From an uncultured Candidatus Micrarchaeota archaeon (GTDB lineage Archaea; Micrarchaeota; Micrarchaeia; Micrarchaeales; Micrarchaeaceae), in assembly GCA_963741095.1 (NCBI GenBank), contig CAVUGN010000002.1, positions 1 to 64,000 of the forward strand: a stretch of 64,000 nt of DNA, written 5' to 3'. A program made the position numbers and the translations under genes. Each line of letters opens with the position of its first letter. Position 1 is the first letter of the stretch. The notes beneath the pieces are model-generated. The model saw only the letters and a list, made by a program, of their open reading frames with translations. It was not told where the DNA came from and did no database searches. Below, piece after piece: positions 9,844 through 21,281 of the stretch.

Positions 9844-10728
9844 ATGCAATTGTTGATGTTCAGGATAGCCAGCGCCCTCGTCATTGCCTTCATCTACATG
9901 CTTTTTGATGTGTTCAACAAGAGGAACGTGCCAGGCTCCTTCGTTTACTTCACCCTTGGCTACGGATTCGTGTTGACGCTGTTCTACTTCGACATTAATA
10001 CGGTGGTCGTGAGCAGCGCGATAGCGCTGGTCGTACTCGGCATCGGCTATCTGGTGTACAAGGCCGGACAGCTGGGTGCAGCGGACGTGGTGGAGCTGGC
10101 TGCGCTGTCGTTGATACTACCCATGCAGTCAACGCCCCTCATCCTTAGCGGCGTCACGCAGCTGGGGCTGCCGTTCATTCTGTCGGTCATGGTCGCTGCG
10201 GGCATAGTCGCCATGATCATAGTGCCGGTGTACTACCTGCCGAAGGCGAGGAGGCTTTTCCACAAGCCGCTCACCGCCCTGATAGACAAGAGGGGAGCCT
10301 TCAAGGCGATTGTGATAATCGTTCCGTATCTCGCTCTGGCGCTCTTCCTCGCGGAGATGACGAACATAAGCGCGGTCAGCATTGCCGTGATACTCCTCAT
10401 GATGGTGGGCTCTTCGCTGCTCATGCTGTTCGAGAAGCCGATCACTGATTCGATGGTGGAGTTCGTCACTGTCGACAACTGCGATGAGGGTGACATAATA
10501 GCTTTCAACCTCATGAGCAAGTCCGAGATAAGTTCGATAAGAAAGAGGGTCAAGATCTTCGACAGGCTCCTCACAAAGGATCTTATAACGGATATGAAGG
10601 AGAAGAACGTGAAGGACAAGATGCCGGTCTACAAGAACGCGCTGCCCTTCGCGGTGCCGATATTTCTTGGTGTGGTCCTGTCAATCCTGTTCGGCGACAT
10701 AATATTCTTCATACTGCCAATTCTGTAA
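9844..10728 (+). CDS. A24 family prepilin peptidase (EppA/FlaK-like)
   Basis: Multi-TM; first catalytic Asp in LFDVFNKRNV; LGAAD motif; C-terminal LPFAVPIFLG; convergent with the giant pilin gene. Confidence 0.8.
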   Translation: MQLLMFRIASALVIAFIYMLFDVFNKRNVPGSFVYFTLGYGFVLTLFYFDINTVVVSSAIALVVLGIGYLVYKAGQLGAADVVELAALSLILPMQSTPLILSGVTQLGLPFILSVMVAAGIVAMIIVPVYYLPKARRLFHKPLTALIDKRGAFKAIVIIVPYLALALFLAEMTNISAVSIAVILLMMVGSSLLMLFEKPITDSMVEFVTVDNCDEGDIIAFNLMSKSEISSIRKRVKIFDRLLTKDLITDMKEKNVKDKMPVYKNALPFAVPIFLGVVLSILFGDIIFFILPIL

Positions 10729-10852
10729 TCTGCGGTATTGCTTTGGCTTTGCCAAAAATTAAGAATCGTTGTGGGGATGGGTTTCTGTGCACATTCTATT
10801 TATTCGAAATTCGGCCCGTAATTTCCGCGTTTGCCACAAGCAGCTTTCCTTT

Positions 10853-13800
10853 CTAGCAACAGCTGCCACTGCAGCAGCCATAGCCGCAGGAGCAACCGCA
10901 ACCGTTGCAGCTTGGGCATGTGCAGACGTAGACGGTGGTGGACGAAGATGAGGAAGAAGACGACGAGGATGAGGTAGTTGTAGATGAGACCGTTGCTATG
11001 GTGCTGGTGGTGTATGAGCCGCAGTCGGTCTGCTGATAGTCGACAGAGCCTCCGCCAAAAGAGCCGGTGCCGCACGTGTAGTATGTGCAGGTGGGGCAGC
11101 CGGATGGGCAGGACGGGTTCGGAGGTCCGTTGCAGTACCAGCCGTAGCATTGGTCGTAGAGGTCAATACCGTGGCAGTACACCCATGCTACGGAGGTGGT
11201 CGAGCTTGTTGAAGATGAGGTGCTGGATGTGCTTGAGCTGCTGGTCGTCGCGGACACCGTGTCGCCGGCAGAGCATGAGGTGTGTACGACAAGCGAATCC
11301 GTGGCTTTGTACCAGTAGGTTGTCGTTGAGCATGGGGCTCGGCGTGTAGGTCGATGCGGTTTGCCCGCCGACCACAGTCGCGCATGAGGTTGAGCCGGTG
11401 TACCAGGCGTAGGTCGGGAATGAGCCCGAGCCGCCGGACGGGTGCGCGGTCAGCGTCTCTCCGGAGCAGGCGGGTATCGTGGGCGATGCCGGGGTTATCG
11501 CACCGGCAGTCGGATCGGAGTTTACAGTTATGGATAGACCCGATGAGCAAGCGGATGTGGCACCAAGTGAGTCTGTGACGGTGTAGTAGTACGTTGTCGT
11601 GGATGCTGGAGTCGCGGTTGCCGGAGAGGTTGCAGCGAGTCCTGCGGAGGTGCTGCAGCCTGCGTTGGTGTACCACGCGTACGAGGAGTATGAACCTGAG
11701 CCGCCTGAGGGGTGCGCCGTGAGCGTTGTGGATTGGCCGTTGTCGATTGTTGTGACCGAAGCTGTCGGAGCGCTGCCTGTTGGCGCGGTGTTGACTACCA
11801 CTGTCGCGCCCGTAGCGGCGTATGCTGATCCGCCCTCGCCGTCAGAGACCTTGACGCAGTAATATGAAGTCCCTGCGCTGCCCGTCGATGGAGTGTAGGT
11901 GCTCGAGGATCCTATCGAGGTTCCTGTTGCAGGGCATGAGGTTGAAGTGTATGAGTACCACAGGTATGTCAATGATGGGTTGCTGCCTCCCGAGGTTATT
12001 GTGATGCTGAGCGCGGTTGCCCCCTGACCCTGGTCCTTTGTCTGAGTGGTAGGCGAAATCGTAATTCCCGAGAGCGTCGGGTATACGGTTATGACGAGGC
12101 CCGCAGAGCAAGCGGATGTGGCACCAAGTGAGTCTGTGACGGTGTAGTAGTACGTTGTCGTGGCTGCCGGGCTTGGCGCGTAAGTTGCGGTTGTCACTCC
12201 CGTGGAGGTCTGGCAGGCTGATGCACCGGTGTACCAGAGGTATGAGGAGTATGAACCTGAGCCGCCTGAGGGGTGCGAGGTCAGCGTTGTGGACTGGCCG
12301 TTGTCGATCGGGTTGGATGATGCGGTTGGAGCGCCCGCGGTGGGTGCACTGTTGACTATGACTGTTGCGCCCGTAGCGGAATATGCCGATCCACCCTCTC
12401 CGTCAGAGACCTTGACGCAGTAATATGAAGTCCCTGCGCTGCCCGTCGATGGAGTGTAGGTGCTCGAGGATCCTATCGAGGTTCCTGTTGCAGGGCATGA
12501 GGTTGAAGTGTATGAGTACCACAGGTATGTCAATGATGGGTTGCTGCCTCCCGAGGTTATTGTGATGCTGAGCGCGGTTGCCCCCTGACCCTGGTCCTTT
12601 GTCTGAGTGGTAGGCGAAATCGTAATTCCCGAGAGCGTCGGGTATACGGTTATGACGAGGCCCGCAGAGCAAGCGGATGTGGCACCAAGTGAGTCTGTGA
12701 CGGTGTAGTAGTACGTTGTCGTGGCTGCCGGGCTTGGCGCGTAAGTTGCGGTTGTCACTCCCGTGGAGGTCTGGCAGGCTGATGCACCGGTGTACCAGAG
12801 GTATGAGGAGTATGAACCTGAGCCGCCTGAGGGGTGCGAGGTCAGCGTTGTGGACTGGCCGTTGTCGATCGGGTTGGATGATGCGGTTGGAGCGCCCGCG
12901 GTGGGTGCACTGTTGACTATGACTGTTGCGCCCGTAGCGGAATATGCCGATCCACCCTCTCCGTCAGAGACCTTGACGCAGTAATATGAAGTCCCTGCGC
13001 TGCCCGTCGATGGAGTGTAGGTGCTCGAGGATCCTATCGAGGTTCCTGTTGCAGGGCATGAGGTTGAAGTGTATGAGTACCACAGGTATGTCAATGAGGG
13101 GTTGGAGCCGCCTGACGAGACTGAGATGCTGAGCGCGGTTGCCCCCTGACCCTGGTCCTTTGTCTGAGTGGTAGGCGAAATCGTAATTCCCGAGAGCGTC
13201 GGGTATACGGTTATTGTCAGGCCCGATGAGCAGGCGGATGTCACGCCTAGAGAGTCTGTGACGGTGTAGTAGTACGTTGTCGTGGCTGCCGGGCTTGCGG
13301 TCGCTGGTGAAGTTGCGGCGAGTCCTGCAGAGGTGCTGCAGCCTGCATTGGTGTACCATGCGTATGATGAATACGTGCCGGATCCGCCTGAAGGGTGCGC
13401 CGTGAGCGTTGTGGACTGGCCGTTGTCGATCGTTGCGGTGGATGCAGTCGGTGCGCTCGCCCCTAGCACGCTGTTGATTATTACAGTAGCGCCTGTAGCG
13501 GCGTATGCCGATCCGCCCTCGCCGTCAGAGACCTTGACGCAGTAATAGTAGGTTCCCGCAGTGCTGGTCGAAGGCGAGTAGGTGCTTGAGGATCCTATCG
13601 AGCCCCCTGTTGCTGGGCAGGATGTCGAAGTGTAACTGTACCACAGGTACGACAAGGACGGGTTGCTGCCTCCCGAGGTTATTGTGATGCTAAGCGAAGT
13701 TGCAGCCTGGTTCGGGTCATGCGTCTGCGAAGCTGGCGAGATTGAGATGCCTGAGAGCGTCGGGTAGACGGTCACGGTGTCGCCGGCGGAGCAGGCCGAT

Positions 13801-16800
13801 GTGCTTAAAGCAGAGTCTGTGACGGTGTAGTAGTATGTGGTTGTGGAGCTCGGGCTGGCCGAAGGCGATGCGCCCGAAAGGCCTGCCGAAGTCGTGCATC
13901 CCACGTTGGTGTACCAGGAGTATGAGGTGTAGGTGCCGGTGCCTCCAGACGGGTTGGCGTTGAGCGTTACGCTCTGGCCGTTGTCTATCGAAGGCGAGGC
14001 CGGGGTTATCGGACCTGCGAACAACGCGCCGTTGACGTTGACGGTGTTGGCCGCGCTGCAGATAGCGCGAGGGGTCGTGGCGGAATCGACAACGTTATAA
14101 GAGTATGTTGTTGTGGAGCTTGGGTTGACGAGCGTCGAGGCGCCTGAAGCGAATGACGAGCCTGCGCAGGCTGCCTGCGAGAAGTAGTTTAGTGTGTATC
14201 CCGAGCCCACCGTGCCTCCGGACGGGTTTCCTGTGAGTCTTGAATATTGGCCGTTGTCGATCACTGTGTTGGACTCCGTGAGCGTGCCTGCAACCAGTGC
14301 AGGGTTGACCGTTATGGATGTGCCCGCAGAGCAGACAGAGCTCTTGGTGGTTGCGGAATCGACAACGTTGTAGCTGTAGGTCGTGCTGGAACTCGGCGTG
14401 GCCGAGTATGCGGTTCCCTGCGCCAGATAGTTCGCTGATGGGCAGCTTGCGGCGCTGAACCAGTTTATCGTGTATGAGGGCGTGCCTCCCGAAGCAGCGG
14501 ATGTAAGCGTTGTGGATTGGCCGTTGTCCATGATCGTGTTGGTCGCGGTTATCGCGCCTGCGACGAGCACGGGATCGACTGTTGCGGTGTCAACTGCAGA
14601 GCAGATTGATGCAGGCGAATAGGCCTGGTCTGTGACCTTGTACGAGTATCCGGTTGTTGATGAAGGACTTGGGGAGTAGGTCGAGGTTGTAACGCCCGTA
14701 GAGGTCTGGCAGGCTGTCCCGGTGTACCACAGATAAGTGAGAGTTCCGGAGCCGCCCGATGGGTTAGATGCGAGTGTTATTGACTGGGTGTTGTCGAGCG
14801 TAGGTGATGACGGAGTTATCGCGCCCGCTGCAAGCGTCGGGTTGACAGTAACCGTGTCGACAGCGGAGCAGATGGAAGCAGGTGAATAGGCCTGGTCTGT
14901 GACCTTGTATGAGTATCCGGTTGTTGAACTTGGACTGGCGCCGAGGGTTGATGAAGTCGCACTGGTGATCGAACTTGCACAGGCGGTGCCGGTGTACCAT
15001 TGATAACTCAGGGTGCCGGAGCCGCCCGAGGCGGCGGATGTGAGCGTGATCGACTGGCCCTTGTCGATGGTTGGCGCTGCAGGAGTCACTGCGCCCACGG
15101 TCAGAGTCGGGTTGACCGTGACGGTGTCAACTGCAGAGCAGATTGATGCAGGCGAATAGGCCTGGTCTGTGACCTTGTACGAGTATCCGGTTGTTGATGA
15201 AGGACTTGGGGAGTAGGTCGAGGTTGTAACGCCCGTAGAGGTCTGGCAGGCTGTCCCGGTGTACCACAGATAGGTGATAGTTCCTGTGCCGCCCGTCGGA
15301 TTTGCCGTGAGCGTTATTGACTGGGTGTTGTCGATGGTCGGCGCTGCAGGAGTCACTGCACCAGCAGTCAGAGTCGGGTTGACGGTTACGGTGTCAACTG
15401 CAGAGCAGACGAAGTATGATTCTGCGTCTGTGACCTTGTACGAGTATCCGGTTGTTGATGAAGGACTTGGAGAGTAGGTCGAGGTTGTAACGCCCGTAGA
15501 GGTCTGGCAGGCTGTCCCGGTGTACCACAGATAGGTGTATGACGGGGTGCCGCCCGTCGGGTTTGCCGTGAGCGTTATTGACTGGGTGTTGTCGATGGTC
15601 GGCGCTGCAGGGGTTACAGGGTTGGCGCCCAGGGCGGGGTTGACGGTCACGGTGTCGCCGGCGGAGCAGGCAGATGCCGGAGAGTAGGCCTGGTCTGTGA
15701 CCTTGTAGTAGTATGTTATAGTTGAAGGAGGGGATGGGGTGTAGGTGGATGTCGAAACGCCTAGTGGGCTTGCGCAGCCTGCACCGGTGTACCATTGATA
15801 ACTGAGAGTTCCGGAGCCGCCCGTCGGGTTTGCTGTGAGCGTGATGCCTTGGCCGTTGTCGATCTGTGGGGATGCGGGAGTCACTGCACCAGCAGTCAGA
15901 GTCGGGTTGACGGTCACGGTGTCAACTGCAGAGCAGATTGATGCAGGCGAATAGGCCTGGTCTGTGACCTTGTATGAGTATCCGGTTGTTGATGAAGGAC
16001 TTGGGGAGTAGGTCGAGGTTGTAACGCCCGTAGAGGTCTGGCAGGCTGTCCCGGTGTACCACAGATAAGTGAGAGTTCCGGAGCCGCCCGATGGGTTTGC
16101 CGTGAGCGTTATTGACTGGGTGTTGTCGATGGTTGGCGCTGCAGGAGTCACTGCGCCCACGGTCAGAGTCGGGTTGACCGTGACGGTGTCAACTGCAGAG
16201 CAGATTGATGCAGGCGAATAGGCCTGGTCTGTGACCTTGTACGAGTATCCGGTTGTTGATGAAGGACTTGGGGAGTAGGTCGAGGTTGTAACGCCCGTAG
16301 AGGTCTGGCAGGCTGTCCCGGTGTACCACAGATAGGTGATAGTTCCTGTGCCGCCCGTCGGATTTGCCGTGAGCGTTATTGACTGGGTGTTGTCTATCGA
16401 CGGAGCTGAGGGCGTTATTGGATTGGCAAGCAGTGTCGGGTTGACGGTCACGGTGTCAACCGCAGAGCAGACAGATTCCGGTGAGTATGCCGAATCCGTC
16501 AATTTGTATGAGTATCCCGTTGTGGAGGACGGACTGGCGCCGTATGTGGATCCGGTTGCTCCGCCGATCAATGTTTGACAGGCGGTGCCGGTGTACCACT
16601 GGTATGCATAGGAGCCTGAGCCGAGTGTGGGGTGTGCCGTGAGCGTGACCGACTGGCCGTTGTCGATGGTTGGCGCTGCAGGGGTTATCGCACTTGCGAG
16701 CGGTGGAGAGTTGACTGCCACAGTGTCTCCGGCAGAGCAGGAAGAGGTTGTTGAGACGGAATCGGTGACCGTATAGTAGTATGTAGTAGTGACGGTCGGG

Positions 16801-18389
16801 TTAACGCTTGGGTTTGCTCCTGACACGCCGCTTGCTGAAGTCGTGCAACCGGCATTGGAGTACCAGGCGTATGAGGTGTAGGTGCCCGAGCCCCCGGATG
16901 GGTTGGTGTTGAGCGTGACTGACTGGCCGAGGTCTATCGACGGGTTTGAAGGGCTTAACTGGCCTGCGAAGAGCACTGGGTTGACTGTTATGGTGTCGCC
17001 CGCAGAGCAGGCGGTGTTCGGGTTGGTTGCTGAGTCCGTTACCTGGTAGTAGTATGTTGTTGTAGATGAAGGCTGGGCTACGTACGAGCTCGAGATTGCG
17101 CCGCCAATCGGGCTTGTGCAGCCTGCGCCAGTGTACCAGGTGTATGAATAAGATGGTGTGCCCCCAGAGGGGTTTGCGTTGAGCGTCACCTGTTGGCCGT
17201 TGTTTATGAACGGCGATGACGGAGTTATGGCGCCGGCCGAGAGGGCGCCGTTGACTGTTACAGTGTCGCCCGCAGAGCAGATCGACGAGGGCGATGAATC
17301 TGTCACCATCACAGAGTACGTTGTAGTGGAGGAAGGCGTGGTCAGATAGCCCGAACCTGTTTGGCCTATTATGGAAGAGGCGCATGAGGCGCCGGTGTAC
17401 CACTGGTAGGTGTATGTTGGAATTCCGCCGTTGACGATGGCGGTGAGCGCGATTGCTTGGCCGAGGTCTATTGTGGGCGATGATGGGGTGACGCTGGGCG
17501 CCGACATCGCAATTATGGTTGACGTTGGAACCGTCGGCACCGTGGTTGAGGTCGAGGTCGAGACTTGGACGGTGATGAATTGCACTGTGACGCTGTTGCT
17601 AAGCCCAGCATAGGTTGCGGTTATTACCGCGCTTCCCACGCTGGTGCCCCAGATGTAACTGAGCGCGACGCCGCTGGAGTTTGTGTCGGTAAGGGATGGT
17701 GTTATGGTGTACGCCTGGTTGTTGACGGTGAAGTTGACCGTTGCGCCGGAGATCTGGTAGCCGTTAAGCCTTACTGTGGCGTAGAGCGGGTCTTTCCCGT
17801 TGCTTGCACGCTGTGTTGAATTCGCTACGGTTATGGTTATTGAAGGTGTGGTGGATATCTGGGTCTCCGTATGCCCGGTGAATGTCCCATGGTAGGTTTC
17901 CTTGGGGCCGCCGACGCAGTTGCTCGTGTAGATGTAGTTGCCCAGAAGGCCGCAGTATGTAGCATTGAGGTACATGTCTCCGGAGAGGAGCACGCCGAGG
18001 TTCGTGTTGACCGGCACATTGGCGGTGCAGATGACGCTGCCGCCAGGAAGAATGAATTGCGGCGAGCAGGAGAACGTTGTGGTGTTGGTCATGTTCAGCC
18101 CGACGTAGAGCTTGGGATTTCCTATGGCGTAGGCCTGGGAATTGGTGAGTGCAACTGTGAGGAAGGTGTTGTGCGTCATCGTGTTCGACTGCAGGATTAT
18201 GTCCCTGCAGTAGAAGCCGTTTACGAACGTGCATGTTGAAGGAAGCGCCGATGGGGTCTGTATGTAAAGGTAGAACAGCGCTGTGACGACCGCAATTATT
18301 AGTATCGCCCAGGCGTAGGATGTCAGGTATTCCAGGGCAGTCTGGGAACGTCTGTGCTTTGCGGATACTCTATGCTTCGACTTTGCCAA
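10853..18389 (-). CDS. Giant class III signal peptide surface protein: pilin N-domain, Big_1-like domain, ~23 Ig-like repeats, Cys-rich tail; 1-nt frameshift near 11335
   Basis: RRS|QTALEYL; ~88-95 aa repeats (IDNGQS.TLTA.P.GG...Y.WY...C...Y.Y.VTDS...CS). ORFs 11163-18389 and 10853-11257 join into ~2511 aa if one G of GGGG at 11334-11337 is removed. Confidence 0.85.
11800..13290. repeat. 561-bp near-identical tandem repeat (~2.6 copies) inside the giant gene
   Basis: Identical shadow ORFs recur at 561-nt offsets (11842/12403/12964; 12155/12716). Boundaries are approximate. Confidence 0.9.
14570..16470. repeat. ~264-bp near-identical intragenic repeats (88-aa Ig-like units)
   Basis: Recurrent gaggtctggcaggctgtcccggtgtaccacagata blocks near 14701, 15239, 15499, 16033 and 16300. 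Boundaries are approximate. Confidence 0.85.
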
Positions 18390-18589
18390 TCGATTACCCT
18401 GATATCTAGTATAACAACAGATAAGATTTAATAAGTTGCCTTGAACTTTTGATTTTGTATTGGTGCAGAAATGCCGCGGATTCGTAGCGACAGGTCCGGT
18501 TTTGAATTCCGCATCGTAACATCGATCGGGATTGCTTTGTTTGTCGGAACTCTTTTAAATGTTTATTGTGATGGGATAAATTGGATTGC

Positions 18590-19168
18590 ATGGCAGAAAA
18601 AACACCTTGGGCTAATTCAAACAAGATCATACTGGGTCTGGGCATAATAGTCGTTCTGGCGGTCATAATAATCGTCGGCTTCTATGGCATGGGCAAACCA
18701 TCCGTTACCACAACTATAGCCACAACCGCGGCCAGCACGGTGGCTTCCACGACTTCGATGATGACGACATCGAGCTCCACCACAAGCGTTCCTACCGGCC
18801 CGGCAGTCCCTCATGAGATCATACTCGGTTACCATCAATCCAGCATAACCGTTCCAGCAGGGTCTGAGAAGACAATCAATTTCACAATACCTGCCGGCGC
18901 GATACAGGGCAGCCTCAATGGTACTTACACCGCTACTAGCGGCATCGAAGCGGCGACGCTCACGGCTGCGGAGTACACTGCCGCAGTGGCAAGCAGCTGG
19001 GCGGCGCTCGCTTCCGAACCGGACTATTATGGAAGCGGAACGACCGCGACCATAGCGACCCCGTTGTCCCCAGGAAACTATTCGCTGGTGTTCTACAACC
19101 CAGGTTCGTCTGCGGATAACGTGACCTACTCCCAGACGATACTTCTGAGCTATTACACGTACGGTTAG
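18590..19168 (+). CDS. N-terminally anchored surface protein with S/T-rich stalk and beta-sandwich domain
   Basis: TM helix, TTTIATTAAST linker, PGNYSLVFYNP; divergent from the giant pilin gene. Confidence 0.7.
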   Translation: MAEKTPWANSNKIILGLGIIVVLAVIIIVGFYGMGKPSVTTTIATTAASTVASTTSMMTTSSSTTSVPTGPAVPHEIILGYHQSSITVPAGSEKTINFTIPAGAIQGSLNGTYTATSGIEAATLTAAEYTAAVASSWAALASEPDYYGSGTTATIATPLSPGNYSLVFYNPGSSADNVTYSQTILLSYYTYG

Positions 19169-19247
19169 GAAAATCATTTCTTTTTTTTATGTTGGTTAGC
19201 GGAAGCGCATTTTCGGACTGCGTGGATTATTCTCTTGCGTTGAGGGC

Positions 19248-20552
19248 TCAGCAGCCACACCAGTTGATGCCGCAGGGGGCGGAGTACCAGCATCCGCAGC
19301 TGGACGGGCAGTTGCCCCCGCAGCAATCGTTGCCGCAGCCGCCGCAGCTGGGAGCCGTGGACGTGCTCGATGTCGATGTGGTTGTGGTGGAGGAGGTGGT
19401 TGTGATCCCGCAGTGGGGCGAGAAGTAGTCAATCGCGCAGTTTGACATGGTTCCGGAAGAACAGGTACAGTAGTTGAATTGGCCAGTGCCGCACACCGGG
19501 GCAGCGCCGCTGCAGAACCAGCTCCAGCACTGTTCGTAGCTGTCCCTGCCATTGCACCCCAGGACTGTCACGACCGTTGAGGTGGAGGTGCTGGTGGTCG
19601 ATGTGGTAGTAACAGAACTGGTGGTTGTGGAGATGCTTGACGTGGTTGTGGTCGAAGCGGTGCTTGTGCTCGATGAGGTGGTTGAGAGGGATGTCTTTAC
19701 GGTTGGTGCGGTCGTCGTGGACGATGAGGTCAGCGGGGCAGCCACGAACCGGACCGTGACGCTGTTGCTAAGCCCCGCATAGGTTGCGGTGACTTGCACG
19801 CTGCCGACGGTGATGCCCTGCAGGTAGCTCAGCGCCACGCCAGTGGAGTTGGTGTTGATTGCGGTGGGTGAGATGGAGTACGCGGCGGAGTTGGCCGAGA
19901 AGCTGACTGTCGCGCCGCTTGCGGGGTATCCGTTCAGCCTGACGGCCGCTTTCAGTGGATCCCTTCCGTTGCTCGCGTACTGCGTCAGATTCACGGCGTT
20001 GATGGTTATGGTGGAGGTGATCGATAGCTGGGTCTGGGTGCGCCCGGCGAAGGTGCCGTGGTAGGTCTCTCTGGGGGCGTTTATGCAATTCCCGGTGTAG
20101 AGGTAGTTTGCGAGCAACCCGCAGTCCGTAGCGTTTACGTAGATGTCGCCGGATAGGATAGTGCCGATGTTGGTGTTCACCGGAACATTGGCCGTGCAGA
20201 TTATGCTGCCGCCGGGCAGCGCGTTTGAGGGCGTGCAGGCGAAGGTCGTGCTGTTCGTCGTGTTCATGCTGACGTACAGTTTGGGATTGTTTATCAGGTA
20301 TGCCTGCGTGTTGGTCAGCGCGACCGTGAGCAGCGTGTTGTGCGTCATCGTGTTCGACTGCAGGATTATGTCCTTGCAGTAGAAGCCGTTTATGAATGTG
20401 CAGGTCGACGGTGGGTAGGGCACGGTCCTTATGTACAGGTAGATCGCCGAAGATGCGACTATGATCAGGACTATCGATGCGATGTACACCGAAACGTATT
20501 CCATCGAGGATTGGGAGCGTGGTGATTTGGGCGAAGCGCTTTTCCGGTTCAA
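19248..20552 (-). CDS. Class III signal peptide pilin-like protein, short paralog of the giant protein, with Cys-rich tail
   Basis: RS|QSSMEYV; CTFINGFYCKDIILQSNTMTHNT nearly identical to the giant protein; TTG start preceded by GGGTAAT, as in the giant gene. Confidence 0.82.
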   Translation of the reverse strand: MNRKSASPKSPRSQSSMEYVSVYIASIVLIIVASSAIYLYIRTVPYPPSTCTFINGFYCKDIILQSNTMTHNTLLTVALTNTQAYLINNPKLYVSMNTTNSTTFACTPSNALPGGSIICTANVPVNTNIGTILSGDIYVNATDCGLLANYLYTGNCINAPRETYHGTFAGRTQTQLSITSTITINAVNLTQYASNGRDPLKAAVRLNGYPASGATVSFSANSAAYSISPTAINTNSTGVALSYLQGITVGSVQVTATYAGLSNSVTVRFVAAPLTSSSTTTAPTVKTSLSTTSSSTSTASTTTTSSISTTTSSVTTTSTTSTSTSTVVTVLGCNGRDSYEQCWSWFCSGAAPVCGTGQFNYCTCSSGTMSNCAIDYFSPHCGITTTSSTTTTSTSSTSTAPSCGGCGNDCCGGNCPSSCGCWYSAPCGINWCGC

Positions 20553-20659
20553 TTCATTACCCCGCGTATATTGTGTGGTATATGTGAGGACCAAATTTAA
20601 TAATCTGCTTTTGCCCGTGGAACCCTATGCAACAATTGGCGGGGTGGATTGAGGGCCCC

Positions 20660-21160
20660 TCATTTCTGTAGGAATTTCAACAGCTCAGCGGCCGATTTGA
20701 CATCGCCTTTGATGCCAAGCGCCTCTGCGGTCTGGACCAGTTTCTCTTCCGTGACCGAAACCCCGTTGACGAGGAGGTAGTAGTAGATGTAGACGTACCC
20801 CAAATGGCTCTTCAGCTTCATTGACAGTATTATGTCTACGAGTTTCTGGTTGGGGATTATGTCAAGGCTGCTTATCACGGCTGTGAGGTTCTTCCTGTCT
20901 ATCTCCTTGCTCGCGAAACTGAGCAAGGCAGCGGCGTAAAGGTAGCGCGCTATCCCATCGTCCAGATGTGCGACAAATTCTTTGTTCTCCAGGTGCTGGC
21001 CCAGGGCGAGCATGAGTATCTGCAGGCATGACGAAAATATTGCGGTGACCACCGCTTTTAGGGTGTCGGACATCTGCACCGCGGCCCTCGACTTTTCGCA
21101 CTCCAGCTCGCTGCGGCTCAATTGAGGCTCTTTTTTGCCGGATGGTTGTTTGCCCGCCAC
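20660..21160 (-). CDS. Hypothetical protein with two tandem aP1/L12 N-terminal-like domains
   Basis: RYLYAAALLSFASKEIDRKNLTAVI and GYVYIYYYLLVNGVSVTEEKL both resemble the aP1 start (MEYVYAALLLH..GKEINEENL..VL). Confidence 0.6.
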   Translation of the reverse strand: MAGKQPSGKKEPQLSRSELECEKSRAAVQMSDTLKAVVTAIFSSCLQILMLALGQHLENKEFVAHLDDGIARYLYAAALLSFASKEIDRKNLTAVISSLDIIPNQKLVDIILSMKLKSHLGYVYIYYYLLVNGVSVTEEKLVQTAEALGIKGDVKSAAELLKFLQK

Positions 21161-21281
21161 ATCATCGCCCGTTCGTGTGCAGTGCCCTCGCTGTGCAATT
21201 TTATAAGCTTTTCGTTGCGGATGATTTGCTTTTCGCGTGGCGCATGCTTTAAATCATGAAAGGTGGAAGCATAATTACAAT

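Noticed and set aside
11163-18389. Diversity-generating retroelement template/variable repeat pair among the near-identical repeats
   Set aside because: No reverse transcriptase in the window; all copies are in-frame coding, and I saw no adenine-specific mismatch pattern.
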